A stretch of 64,000 nucleotides of DNA, taken from positions 1,054,001 to 1,118,000 of the forward strand of contig LSRY02000024.1 in the NCBI GenBank assembly GCA_001643675.2. Direction: 5' to 3'. Positions within the stretch are counted from its first letter, which is position 1; each line of letters begins with the position of its first letter. The translations under genes were made by a program, and so were the position numbers. Positions 46,323 through 58,000 of this stretch are shown piece by piece. Below the pieces are notes generated by a model that saw only the letters and a program-made list of their open reading frames with translations, was not told the origin of the DNA and searched no databases. Origin of the DNA: Monocercomonoides exilis PA203 (Eukaryota > Protista > Preaxostyla).

Positions 46323-46882
46323 ATGCCAACGAAAACAGAAAGCCAAAAGCAAATTAAAAAATTGTTTAAAATATTCAGATCTGAAAAAGAAACAGTTCAG
46401 TGGTAGATTGAGTGCAATGAGCTGGATAAAGATCGTTATTGCTGGAAATGTCAAAAAAACATGATAATGTACATTTACGAAAATGAAACAAGCCGCTTTC
46501 GTTGCAAGCACAAACAAATCAAAATTTCAAAAAATACAAATTTTGAGAGATTTAGATATAAAATTCGTGACATATGTTTTATGGCTCTTTGTTTTTGGGT
46601 TGGGATTTTGAAACACATTGCAGTTTTATATGCGGCAAATCAAGCACCTCTGTGATACACGTTTATGATTCTTTTCGGAAATGTATATCTAAATTTTATC
46701 AGGAAAATCCACGAATAACTGAAGGAAAAGGAACTGAAGTTGAAATAGACGAAGCAATATTTCCAAAAAGAAAATGCAATAGAGGAAGAACAAAAAGGCA
46801 AAATTGGATAATCGGAGGAATTGAAAGGCCCAAACAGAAAGGTCAAAAATCCAGACTTTTTTTGTTGCTTGTTATCAAAAGA
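46323..46882 (+). mobile_element. Merlin / IS1595(ISXO2)-type DDE transposase pseudogene, 3'-truncated
   Basis: From ATG 46323: MPTKTES...VQW*IECNELDKDRYCWKCQKNM...FRCKH...SKNTNFE (Zn ribbon, in-frame TAG at 46404). After a frameshift near 46620 it reads GKGTEVEIDEAIFPKRKCNRGRTKRQNWIIGGIER...LFLLLV, the signature around the first catalytic Asp. It ends at the palindrome junction. Confidence 0.88.
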
Positions 46883-47675
46883 TCTTCTTGTTTCATTTCC
46901 TAGTCAGAAATAAGGAAAAAAAAGCAAACATTACAAAAATGAAACAGAAATGTTCATACATAAACTCCAATCATTTCGATTCTGTTAATGCAACTTCCAC
47001 ATCTTTCTGAACTGTATAGCTTTCCTCTTTGTTCGATGCAGCTTTCATAAGGTAGATTATGTCAATTGAAAATAATTTAGATGGTAATCCAATGAATAGA
47101 AAAACGAGGAATTCGAAAGATCAGCTAAAAGTTTTTCATTCTTTTCTTCTTTCTTCTCATTTTCGTCAGTAATTATCTTCTCAAATCTTTTGGCATCAAT
47201 GAATTATCAAAAAAAGAAATAAAAAAATCCTTTCAACGCTTTGCAAAGCCCAATACGCTTCAGTAACAGAATAACATTCCCCAACGTCATTTTCTCTTCT
47301 TCAATCATTTTATGTATTTTATCGAACAATTCTTCTGTGGGAAAAAAAAAACAAATCCATATTCATATATTGTTTCTATCAATCCATTCAATACTTCGAT
47401 TTTCTATTTCCATTCATTATAGTGCAATGCTTTGTTTCAAAAGTATTGTTGATACAATAAAAAATGATAATAACAAACATTTAAATAATCCGCTCAGTAC
47501 AAACCATCAATTTTATGATTAATCGAAAATCCACATGATGCAAACTGATTTCTTCTCCAGCGCAGAACCCAAGCGAAAACTTTTTAGAAAGGATTTGCGA
47601 TTCATCCACTAAAAAGAAGAATTTTGTGTTTTCGTATAATTTATAAAAGAAAATATAAAAGTTAAATATGCAAAC

Positions 47676-50600
47676 TAAACCTCCTCGTCACCCTGCCAGT
47701 GACGAGTCTTTTTTTCTTTAGTGACTGACAAATTGATAATTACTTTGTCACTCTTTGATTTAATCAAAAGTTCTATTTTTCTGCTGGCTTGCCCATACAG
47801 AAAATTAAGTTTTGTGGTCCTTTTTAAAAAATATTTATTTTAAATTTGAAAAAAAAGTTTTTTTTCAAACTTGGATATCAATTTTTAATTTTGGATAAGA
47901 TTTTTGATCAAGTCAGTTAATGATTTTTTTGATCGTCACTTTTTCAGATCTTTCGTCACTTTCCAAAAATTTGTCACTTTCGTCACTGTCAAGTCACTTG
48001 TCAATTCTTATTGCAAAACAAAATATTGGTTTCTCGGATTCGATAAATAGAGATATTTTGAGCATTGATTAGATAATCGTGGAAATTTCAAATTCATTCA
48101 TGCTCTGAAAATTGAATGAAATGCTCAAAGCTGTAAGCAATGGTGAAAAGATATTCGACTTACAAGAAAGAATAAATTTTGATAAATTGTTTTGTTTAAA
48201 AGAAGATATTCATTATCATGAAAAAATGAACATCAAATACGAAGGAATTCATTAGAGAAAGATAATAATTGTGCAGTTAACAAATAATAATTTTTGTGAA
48301 GCGAAGGAGGGACATACCGATGATGATGCGAATCGCACGAGTTCTTTTCAGCCAGTGAACGGAGTTTATTTTAATGTTTAAGTATAGAAAATAATGCATT
48401 TCGCAGAATATTTATTACAGTGTTCAACTATTGATATTTTCGACTGATTTACAGCATCAGAGAATCTTGATTAAACTTGTTCGGTCAAGAAAAAAAGAGC
48501 TTATTAAACTTTGTTTGTTGTCGTATTTTCAACTTTTGAAAAAATGAAATGGATAAATGCATGATTGATGACGTTTCAAATAATCCTTACTCAATATTTT
48601 CTAAGAAAGTGATATCTTCAATATATTTTCAACATTTTTAAATGGTCCAATCCAATTTCTGTTCAGCGAATTTTTAAGAAATCGATTATTTTCAAGGGAT
48701 TGCAAAGCAGTTGGGGAAAAACGTCAGATCTTATCAATTGAGTTTAGAACTGTTTGTTAAAAATGTGATATTGTGAAAGAATCTTTTTCAGATCATTTTC
48801 ATTTCTTTTTTAAAATAAACATGCGAATTTTTAATGTGACACCTCATATTTTTTCAAAATGAAAATGATTTTCCTTTCTTCAGTCAATAATCATAATTCC
48901 ACCTATCTCTTCTCTTGTTCTAACCATTTCTCTCCCGATGGGCATTTTCCCTTTTTTCGCCTTCAAGCAGCGCAATCTCCTTAATTGCATACGACGTTCC
49001 TGCAGAATTCAACAAGGTGAGGTCATCAAACGAGCTGGTGCTGCTTCCAAAAGCATGTGCATTGTTCTCTTCTCTATTTCGACAAGCGCTAGATGTAGAA
49101 TTATCTTTAGAAGCACAAAACAATGAAAAATGATTATAAACGCTTCCATATTTTCAGCACTCAGCTGAAAGATGGCTGGAATCTGCTTTCGGATGTTCGA
49201 GAAGCCACTTTTACAGACGGTGTGGACGAAAGAGAGAAGAAGGAAAGGACAGATTGGAGTGTGAGTGGAGTGTTTGAGAAGGAGAGGCAGAAGAAGTGGA
49301 GGAGAGCGATGTATGCGAAGCGGGAGGCGGTGGTGTTTCCATAGAAAGAAATGCAGAGAGAAGGAAAAATTGTAATGCGTGTGTTGAAGAAGCAAATTAG
49401 CGTTTATAGGACTTTATGTTGTTCGATCATTCTATTTTAAAAAGGAGAAGAAAATGGAGTATTCGAAGAGCATTATTTTCGTTTGAAGAAGAAGAAGAAG
49501 AGGAGGAGGAGAAGGAAGTGGTGGTGAAGGAAGTGGAAGCGTAAGAAAAAATAGAAGAGGATGATGGTGACGATGAACATGATGAAGTCAAGAAATGGTT
49601 GTCAATTCCATTTTCGTGTGTGAAGAACCCAGGGTTTATCAATGCTCCCTGACATGCATGGGGTAGCCTTGGTGACTGCTGCATTCACGTTGGTGCTTGT
49701 GTTTGTGTTTGTTTCCGAGAAGAGAAAGGATAATGTTGCTGCTGATGTTGCTTGCGGTGTGTGGAGTCTACAATCCACATATTCCCCATGTTTCATTTTG
49801 GCTGATATACAAACTCAGCATTCCTTTGCATATTTACTATGATCAGTGAGAAACCCACAATCGTCCCTTGCATTGGCTCTCTTCCACCATCGTAACATCC
49901 ACACTGCATCCCTCTCCACATGCTCCTCGCATGCTCCTCCATATCCTCCGTTTGTTCCTCGTTCTCCTTTTCATCTTTCTCCTCATTCCCATCGTCGCAA
50001 ACCACTCAAATTCATCAACTTCTTCCGTAACCGCTGCCATTACCGTTTTGGCTGCTGCTGTTGTTACCGATTCATCATTTAGCATTCGCCATTTGTATAT
50101 ATTCTGCCATCTTCCACATTAAAGCTCTCCTTCAGCATCTCCCTCTCTCTCTCCGCCAAGTTATATCTCTTTCTCTGTTGATACTTCCTCTCTCGATTCC
50201 CATTGATAGCTACACAACATCTGCAACAATTTTCCTTCCCTGTCTTATCACCATAACTGAGTGTGCAACAGATTCACCTAACTGCTGCTGGCAGAACGCG
50301 CGCCTTCACAGTACGTTCTTGCTCTCCTGTGCTTCCCCTCTAGTGACAGAATCTGCTCCATTTCGATTGCCAAAGAACTATCCAGCTCATGCAGCATAAC
50401 CTTCAGTTTCATCAGTGTCTCTTTTGTATCGGAGTTTTTCTTTGCTGAGATTCTCTGTGCGTTCTCTTCTTTTGCAATATTCTTCGACTGCAGCCACATC
50501 ACCGACAGATCAACAATCACGCAAGACTTGTCCAACAGAGCATTGAACTGATCCATTTCCACTTTCCTCAAAAAATTCGTCCAATTATCCCATCCGACAT

Positions 50601-51442
50601 CTTTCTTTAGTTGCAGCTTATTCTCCCACACCAGCTATCTCGCTTTCCATTGATCTCGTTGATCCACATTTCTTCTCGAAGTATCTCCGCTCATCGGTTC
50701 GGAGAAATAATTTCAGAGCTTCAATGATGCTCAGGCTGCTCAGGTATATGTTGAAGATAGCTTTTCACTTTCTTTCCCTTCTTCCACCTCTTCTTCCTCC
50801 TCTTCTTTTTTCTTCTTCTCCAATTCTCAAACAATCTCAGTGTTGTTGATTTAAACTCTTCTTCCACACATTCTCTCAAATATCCTTTGAAAAAAAAAAG
50901 CAAAACAAAAAGGCAATTATTCTGTTATGCAACTTGCAGGAACTGGCTTGAAAGAAGAAAATGAAGAAATCAATCTTTCATTACTGAACGATGACGTGTT
51001 AGTAAATGGATAGTTATGAAGAATTCCAATTCCATAACTTGTGTTGATTGCAATATATCCTTTTGGGGATAACGAACGATTTCTCCATGCTTTTCAACAA
51101 AATAAATCCTTCAAAAGCAGTAATTGTTCTATTTGGAATCCGGAAAATATACATATATTGCTTGAATCTATATTTGATGAAATAATCATTTCAATAAATC
51201 TCTTTCGAAATTTGACAGAATTTATTGTGTTATTCTTTCGAAAGTCAAACGATGAAATTTGACAAATTTAAGATGGGTCATGCAAGAGATTATTTTTTGA
51301 ATATTTCGAGAATAATAACACGAATCATTTTTATGTTATTATGCCACTCAATCAATCAATTTTTTAACCAGAAAAAAAAAAAAAAAAAAGTGACGAAGTG
51401 ACTGACGAATAATTTTGTATTTCGGGGTGACGCAGAGGTTTA
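47676..51442. mobile_element. Mirror copy of the hAT-type element in the right palindrome arm
   Basis: Reverse complement of 41102-44876, with TSD ATGCAAAC at 47668-47675 and 51443-51450. Confidence 0.85.
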
Positions 51443-51678
51443 ATGCAAACAACAGGGTTCATCAACATTTGCGAACTCTATAAATAAATATCTCACCGGA
51501 ACAATATCAGCTCATGATCGCACCCATTATTTTTTTATTTTTAACATTTTCAAAACTGAACATGACAGACGAAGTTTCGCTAAATAACAATAATTTTAAA
51601 ATAATTAAAAAAAGAGTGCTTTTCATGTCCTCTTTGAATTTTTGCTCAACTCGTCTGTCAATCAGATAATATCTAGCC

Positions 51679-54600
51679 GAATAGATGTATTAACTGACAA
51701 TTGAACAATTAAACTTGTATCGAATATTCAGTGAATTTGAAGGGAAAAAAATATTTTTGTTCAATCAATGCTTGATTCTCATTACACATTTAGGTTTCAT
51801 CGACCATTTGATCAACTACATCTATATTTTCGTGTTTTTGCTTCCTTTTCTTCTTCTTCTTTTTCTTTTGAACCTTTTCTTCCTGATTGATTATCTCGCA
51901 ATCTTCAAATCGTCCATCAACAATCCCTTCCTCAGCGTTGTAAAAATCCGTTGAGACTTCACTGCCACGCGCTTCAAACACTTCATTTAGGAGCACAGAT
52001 GTTTTCGAATCTTTAGCAATCGGACCTTCATTTGCCATGGCTGCATCCGCAATTTCTCCCGAGCCCTCAAATGAAACGCTCGAATTATTCACAGCAAAAT
52101 CTTTCATCTCATTTTGCTCATCCCCAAAGTCCGAAAAACCCAAATTAGTTTCCTTGCAAGACACGTGACTGTTCTCAAAAAGTTTTTCTTTTTGAATTTC
52201 TTCTTCGCTCGATCGTCTAAATCTCTCTGATGTCGTCTTTATTTCGCTAAATTGCACTTTTCTATTCTCAATATCTTCAATATCGTATGTTGCCTCCAAA
52301 TCATTTTCTTTGCTTTCTAGATTTTCTTTTCTGCCTTTTCTTTTCTTTTCTTTCTTTTTCTTTTTCTTCAAATCTGTACCACCTCCATTAGAAAAACCCA
52401 CCACTGCGTTGCCATCCTTCTGATCGACCAAAACTGGTAAAACCGTCTGGGCTTCGGCAAAGTCGCCCGAGCAAAATGCTGTTAAAATATCAGCCCGAAC
52501 TCCATTTCTATTCATTATTTCGTCCGCTTTCAATAGCCGGCTTGACTCTTCTTCAATCAGCAACTGACTCTCACTTGTCACTCCTTCTTGGAGCTCACTC
52601 GGCATTTCAATGAACTCCAAGCCTCCTTCGTGTTCTTCTTCGCTTTTCTCCTCTTCAGAGTCTGCTGTTGTGCTCTTATTTCCGGAATCTGTTTCGCTCC
52701 ATCGTTTTCCATTGGAAATCCCGTTTCTTCCGCGAATCCCACAAATTGCCACAAAAGTTAGAACCACAACAACAAGCACAACTGCAACAGCAATAAAAGC
52801 AATCAAGCTCCATTCAGTTTTCTTATTTTCTTTCGCCACCACTCCTTCGCTTGCGACTCCGTCACTCCTATTTTTCACAATACATAATTCTGTTGAAGAT
52901 GGTGCATCTTTCTCGCCAAACAAAATCATCACAGATACCTCCGTCTCATCCGCAACCGTTGTTATCTTGTCTGAAGGAAGCGTGCCAATCACTTCTGTTT
53001 CTGACACAAAACTGTTTTCCTCAAATTCATATGTCTCAACAAACTCCACATCCCCTGTTTTATACACAAGCCTGAACGACAAATTGCAAGGCAGCAGCAG
53101 CTTCCCTTTGAACATAACCTCCCTTTCTTCTCCTTTCTCCCTTGTTTCAACACTCTCCAACACTGGAATGAAGAATGGAGATGCTCTTTCTCCTGCGATT
53201 CCACCAAGTGTGCATCCATCATTCAAAATCCAAAGCGAAGAATTGGGCATCACACCGTCTCCCCCTTTCAAGCTCGAAATGGTCAGTGAGGCAGAATCTG
53301 AACAAATAATATTCCTTCGAAGAGAAGGATATTTTTCAATGAAAGGATTGTTATCGAAAAATTCTCCTTTCTCAATCGTCACATTGCCTGACGACAAAGA
53401 CATGCCGCCTGACGAAGCATTCAATATCGAAACATCTTTCGTCATCAATGAAGTATTTGATAAATGGACAAGCGATCCATTCCATTCGCATATATCCGTG
53501 ATTGTATTCATATTGTCGTTTTTGCTTTCTTTTGCAACCATTCCTGAAAATTGGCACAAGTTCATAGAAGCATTCCTCAGTTCATTAACATTAATAATGC
53601 CTCCTTTGTCAGACAGAGAATTGCAGCTTTCACAAGAACAATTTGAAAGAACGATTTCAGCAGAAGATGAAGAAGCAGAGAGAACTGAAGCTCCTTCCGA
53701 ATTCCTCGAGCAGTTCTTGAATGAGGTGCTTCCAATAGAAATTGTTCCTGAGGTTGAGCTGCTAATCCCAATGATACAGCCTTCTGACAGCTTCACTCCA
53801 TCTGCACATGCTCCATTAAACACAACACCTCCACATTGCCCAAGCTCAAAAACATTTGCCATTGATTCAATCTGTTCTAGTTTCACATTCGTCAACGAAA
53901 TCTCATCTCCACTCAACAGAAATGAAGGCTTCTTGAATGAAAGGAGTGACACTGAGCAGTTGTCAACATGAAGAATTCCACTTTCAATGCTCAGCAATGT
54001 TGAATTGAGAACAATAGTTTCAATGCCATTTGACTCCTCAATTGAAGAAAAATCAACAAATGAAAGAGAAAGTTGTCCGTTTGCTTCATGAATGATTGAA
54101 CTGCCTGAATACGAAAACACCTTACCAATGTTGAATTTCAATCTTTCAATCCTAACGTTTCCCGATGTTCTGATAAGACTGCCCTCATCATCACCAATTG
54201 TTGAGTTCAGATACACCAAGGCAACTGAAGGAGATTTTAATGAGCGAATGATCACATCACGAGCATCACATTCCCTATTGATTACCGATTCCTCTGAGAT
54301 CAGTAGCTGTGAATACAGAGATGGAATGATGTGCTGGACTCCAAAACTCAATGAACGACAAGGTGCGTTAAACTCTCCACATTGCTTGCTGTCTGTGTGA
54401 TTGTCTGCAACTGAAGACACATATATCGTCTCACTCTGATATATCATAACCCTCAGCAGAAGATCTTCTTCATCCACAAACGAGTCTGTTGTGCAGCCCC
54501 ACATCGCCAGCTCTTTCACAAACGGCACTCTGAAATCCAGCAAGAACTGCTCATCAACTATTTGTGCATCAATTGAATGGCATCGAATATACACGTCTCT

Positions 54601-55038
54601 CCCTCTCAATGCAGAGTTGTCTCTGAATGTGATATTTGACAGCACAAAATTCAGAGGCTGCTCGGCTGTCGAGGTGCATTCCAGAAACAGCCACCCGCCT
54701 CTTCCTGTGCTCGAGCAGAAGCACTCGGAAATTGTGCAAAACGAACAGTCAAAACTTCCTCCCTCATTCAACACACAAAACATCCCTCCTCCCTTTCCAC
54801 ACCTCTTTCCGCCACATCCCTTCATCGTTGTGTTTCTAATAACAATTTTCAATGGCTTATCATCAATTTCGTTCCGAATGATGGGAATATCGTTGGTTAT
54901 GTTCTGGGTGACTTCTTCGAATAAACTCCACTCAATGACAATATTTTGTTCAATTTCATTGTTTTCTCTTCTTGAACTCTTTGTTATGCTCAATCCGCTT
55001 GCTCCTTCCAGCTCAACATTCTTCATCGTCAGGTTTTT
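51679..55038 (-). repeat. Inverted segmental duplication of window positions 1-3360
   Basis: Coordinate sum is constant at 55039 (13/55026, 3249/51790, 3360/51679). It includes 111 bp of 3' flank. Confidence 0.93.
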
Positions 55039-58000
55039 GATCCTCAAAATCGTTGCCGACAACACAGAAATAACATCCTGTGAAAAGCTCAACAATTGCA
55101 TTGTCACAAAGTCCAACACAACTGTCCCTCCTTCTGCTTTGATCAGCCCATAATTAATCATGTCCTCTCCGCTTTCTTTCATTTTTGTGAATGAGCAGTC
55201 TTTCACAGTCAGCAATCCCTCGCTTGAGCCAACATGCATCAAAACATTCACTCCACTTGCGAAAGATGATGTAATCGCAAAGTTAATCAGTTCGAAATGC
55301 GCCATACCCTGAATCTTCATTGCTGCTCCTTCTGCTCCTTCAAGCGATGAGACACATTCCAAAGAGCAAATGCTGCTGCTATCCTTCGATTTTATTGAAG
55401 CTCCACTCACATCAACACTTTTCCGAAGATATCCTTTTCCAATGATGCTGACATTCCTTTCATTTCCTTCTGACAATCTCATTAACGAATAGTCAATTGA
55501 CAAGCAAGGATAATCTGAGAATCCACAGGCGTGCATATCTTTTCCTTTGTCTCCAATATATATCTCTGAGCCAATCGCTTGCCAGAAATAAATCAGCGGA
55601 ATGACATTTGTTGTGTCATTTCCATCAAAGCCTCTCAGGGAATTCAATGAAATATCTGCCAGATGCCCAGAAACAAATGGAAGAGAAGTGTTTGTGATGC
55701 TCTTCGTCAAGTTGGAAGATTCAACAAACACATCATTTCCATATTTTGCAATATTTGGCTTGTCTGCATCAAAAACAGGGGACGAGATCACAAACGAAGA
55801 ATCGTCATCAATCAACTTCAGTGCCATCCCTCCCCCAAACCCATTCTTCTCTTCTCCAGCTGGTGCTGTGCATCCTGTGAATGTGCACGAAACAATATTC
55901 AATTGAGTATTCCCTTTCAACTTTGCATTGATAGCCCCTCCTCTGCTTCCATCACCAGCCACAGAACATCCATCAAAATCACATTCTTCAATATTTATTT
56001 CTCCATTTGAATTTTCATCATGACTGTTGTCAATGCTCACACAGCTTCCATTTCCAGCTGCCCTTTCGATTTCTGTAAAATTGCTGTTCGTCATGTTCAG
56101 CCAGGGAGTATTCATAAACTCAGCCTCTGTGCTGCTTCCTGACAAAGAGATCAATGGACTTCCACTCAAAGCGATTGATGAAGCTGAGAATTTGTCGATT
56201 ATCAGGATCCCTGACTCAACTGACAAGAATAAAAATGCCAATTCTGATGAAGGATCTTGAAGAGTTAAAGAACATTGAGACAAAGTCAGTGATGAAGAAG
56301 AAGAAGAAATGAAAGTTGAGCGCGATGAAAGAGAAGATGGAAGAGAGAAGATGAGTTTTGATAATTCTGTTTCAACACTTGCTGTTATCATTGCTGAGTT
56401 TAATGGTGAGCTGGCATCAGACACAGTCCAACCACTTTGATCATCATTTCCTTTGATTTCATGTTTCTGTTCTTCAAATGCCAATTCATCGCTCATCAAA
56501 ATCATTCCACTCACAACAACTTTCTTTGTTTCTGTTTGACGTGTGAGTGAGTGCTTCATTGTCAAACAAGGGAATTGGACGATTCCACAATGAGAATGAT
56601 CAGTTGCCTCAATGTTATTCACACATATTTCTGAAGGGCTGGGAAGGAGATAAATACACAGTGGGATGGCCACACTCGTATTTCCATTGTCATATCCTCG
56701 CACTTTGTCAACAGAATCTGATGATGAGGTTACACATGCAATTTTTCTTGAAGTTGCAGTTTCTTCCAGATTGGGCGATAAGACGAAGATGTCTCTTCCC
56801 CATTTGGCCGTGTTTGTGCCAAAGGAAGAAGAAATCAAGAAATCTGGATTTTCATTCAATAATCGAAGAAGAATTCCTCCCCCAAGACCATTGGATGACG
56901 AACAAAAGCAGCCATCAAAAGCCCCGTCTTTCACCTTCACTTCATTCTCATTCCCTGCACACAGCATCATCGATCCCCCATCAGCTGATGTTGTGCTTCC
57001 ACATCCTTCAAATGTGCACAAATTCAGATCGATATTTGCCTTGTCATTCGAAAACGACATCACAGCTGATCCGCTCGTTGTTCTTTCAATCCCATCAAAT
57101 GAACATTCTGAAAGTGCCAATGAGATTTCATTTGTCGAAGAAAGTGAAAACAACGAGGTTGTTGAGATTGTCTTTGCCCAGTTCACATGTTCCATCCGCA
57201 TCATTCCTCCCTGAACATTTATCATCTCAGTGGTGAACGCTGTTTCTGAAAAATACTCACTTCCAGTAGATATGTTCAACCTGCTAATATGCATCTCTCC
57301 TGTTCCAGTGATCTCAAACAGCCTTGACCAACGATTATTTGAATGAGACGAGTCATGCATAAGAATAAAGTCTCTGACAGACAAGATGCCTGTTGAGACT
57401 GAAAAAAGAGACAAACCAGATATCTCAAATTCAATTTGGATTGCTGTGCTCATATTGCTTTGACCATAAACAGAAAAAGTGTTGGCCCCACAATCAAAAC
57501 AATTTGTTTCGATTATCGTTCCTGAAAATACTTCCACATTGGGAACCAAGTCTGGAATTAGCTGAGTAAGACAACGACTGATCGTGCTGCATGCATGAGA
57601 TTCATCCAGCCCACATGCATAGGTATCTTTTGAATTAGGTTGCGTTTCATTCGAAGAAACAAATCTGACTCTTCCGAAATCGTTTCGAAGCCATTCGCTG
57701 CGATCAACAATTGAATATAAATTTGCACAAACTCTATTTGATGTTTGTCTCGTTGAATAGCAACTGGAATCTATATTGCTGGATGTTGAATCCTGAAGCA
57801 AAACATCGTGGCCATATTTAACGCATGTGTTATTGTGGAAAAAGCAAAAATAAAGCAATACTCCCTGATTATATTGACTTATTAATATTCCAACAGCACC
57901 TCCCCAACACATTGAATAACAATGACAAAATAAACAATTTGAAATGACAACTTTATCCAAAGGATTCCAATGAATAATTGCACCTCCTGTTCCAGTGAGT

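Larger units (their letters stand above)
40870..51674. repeat. Giant palindrome: arms 40870-45669 (4800 bp) and 46883-51674 (4792 bp), spacer 45670-46882 (1213 bp)
   Basis: Track ORFs in the two arms are identical mirror images. The 8-nt length difference is fully explained by three homopolymer runs (24 vs 18, 6 vs 5, 9 vs 8). Confidence 0.97.

Noticed and set aside
46404-46406. TAG read as Gln (alternative genetic code, as in some oxymonads)
   Set aside because: Intact genes here end in TAA or TAG and the very long ORFs contain none internally. The relic also has a frameshift, so this is decay.
40866-51678. The whole palindrome as one giant Merlin/Foldback element with 4.8-kb TIRs and GGC ends
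   Set aside because: There is no target duplication (AAAAAATA vs GAATAGAT), the transposase is cut by the arm itself, and the arms contain unrelated host pseudogene and hAT sequence.
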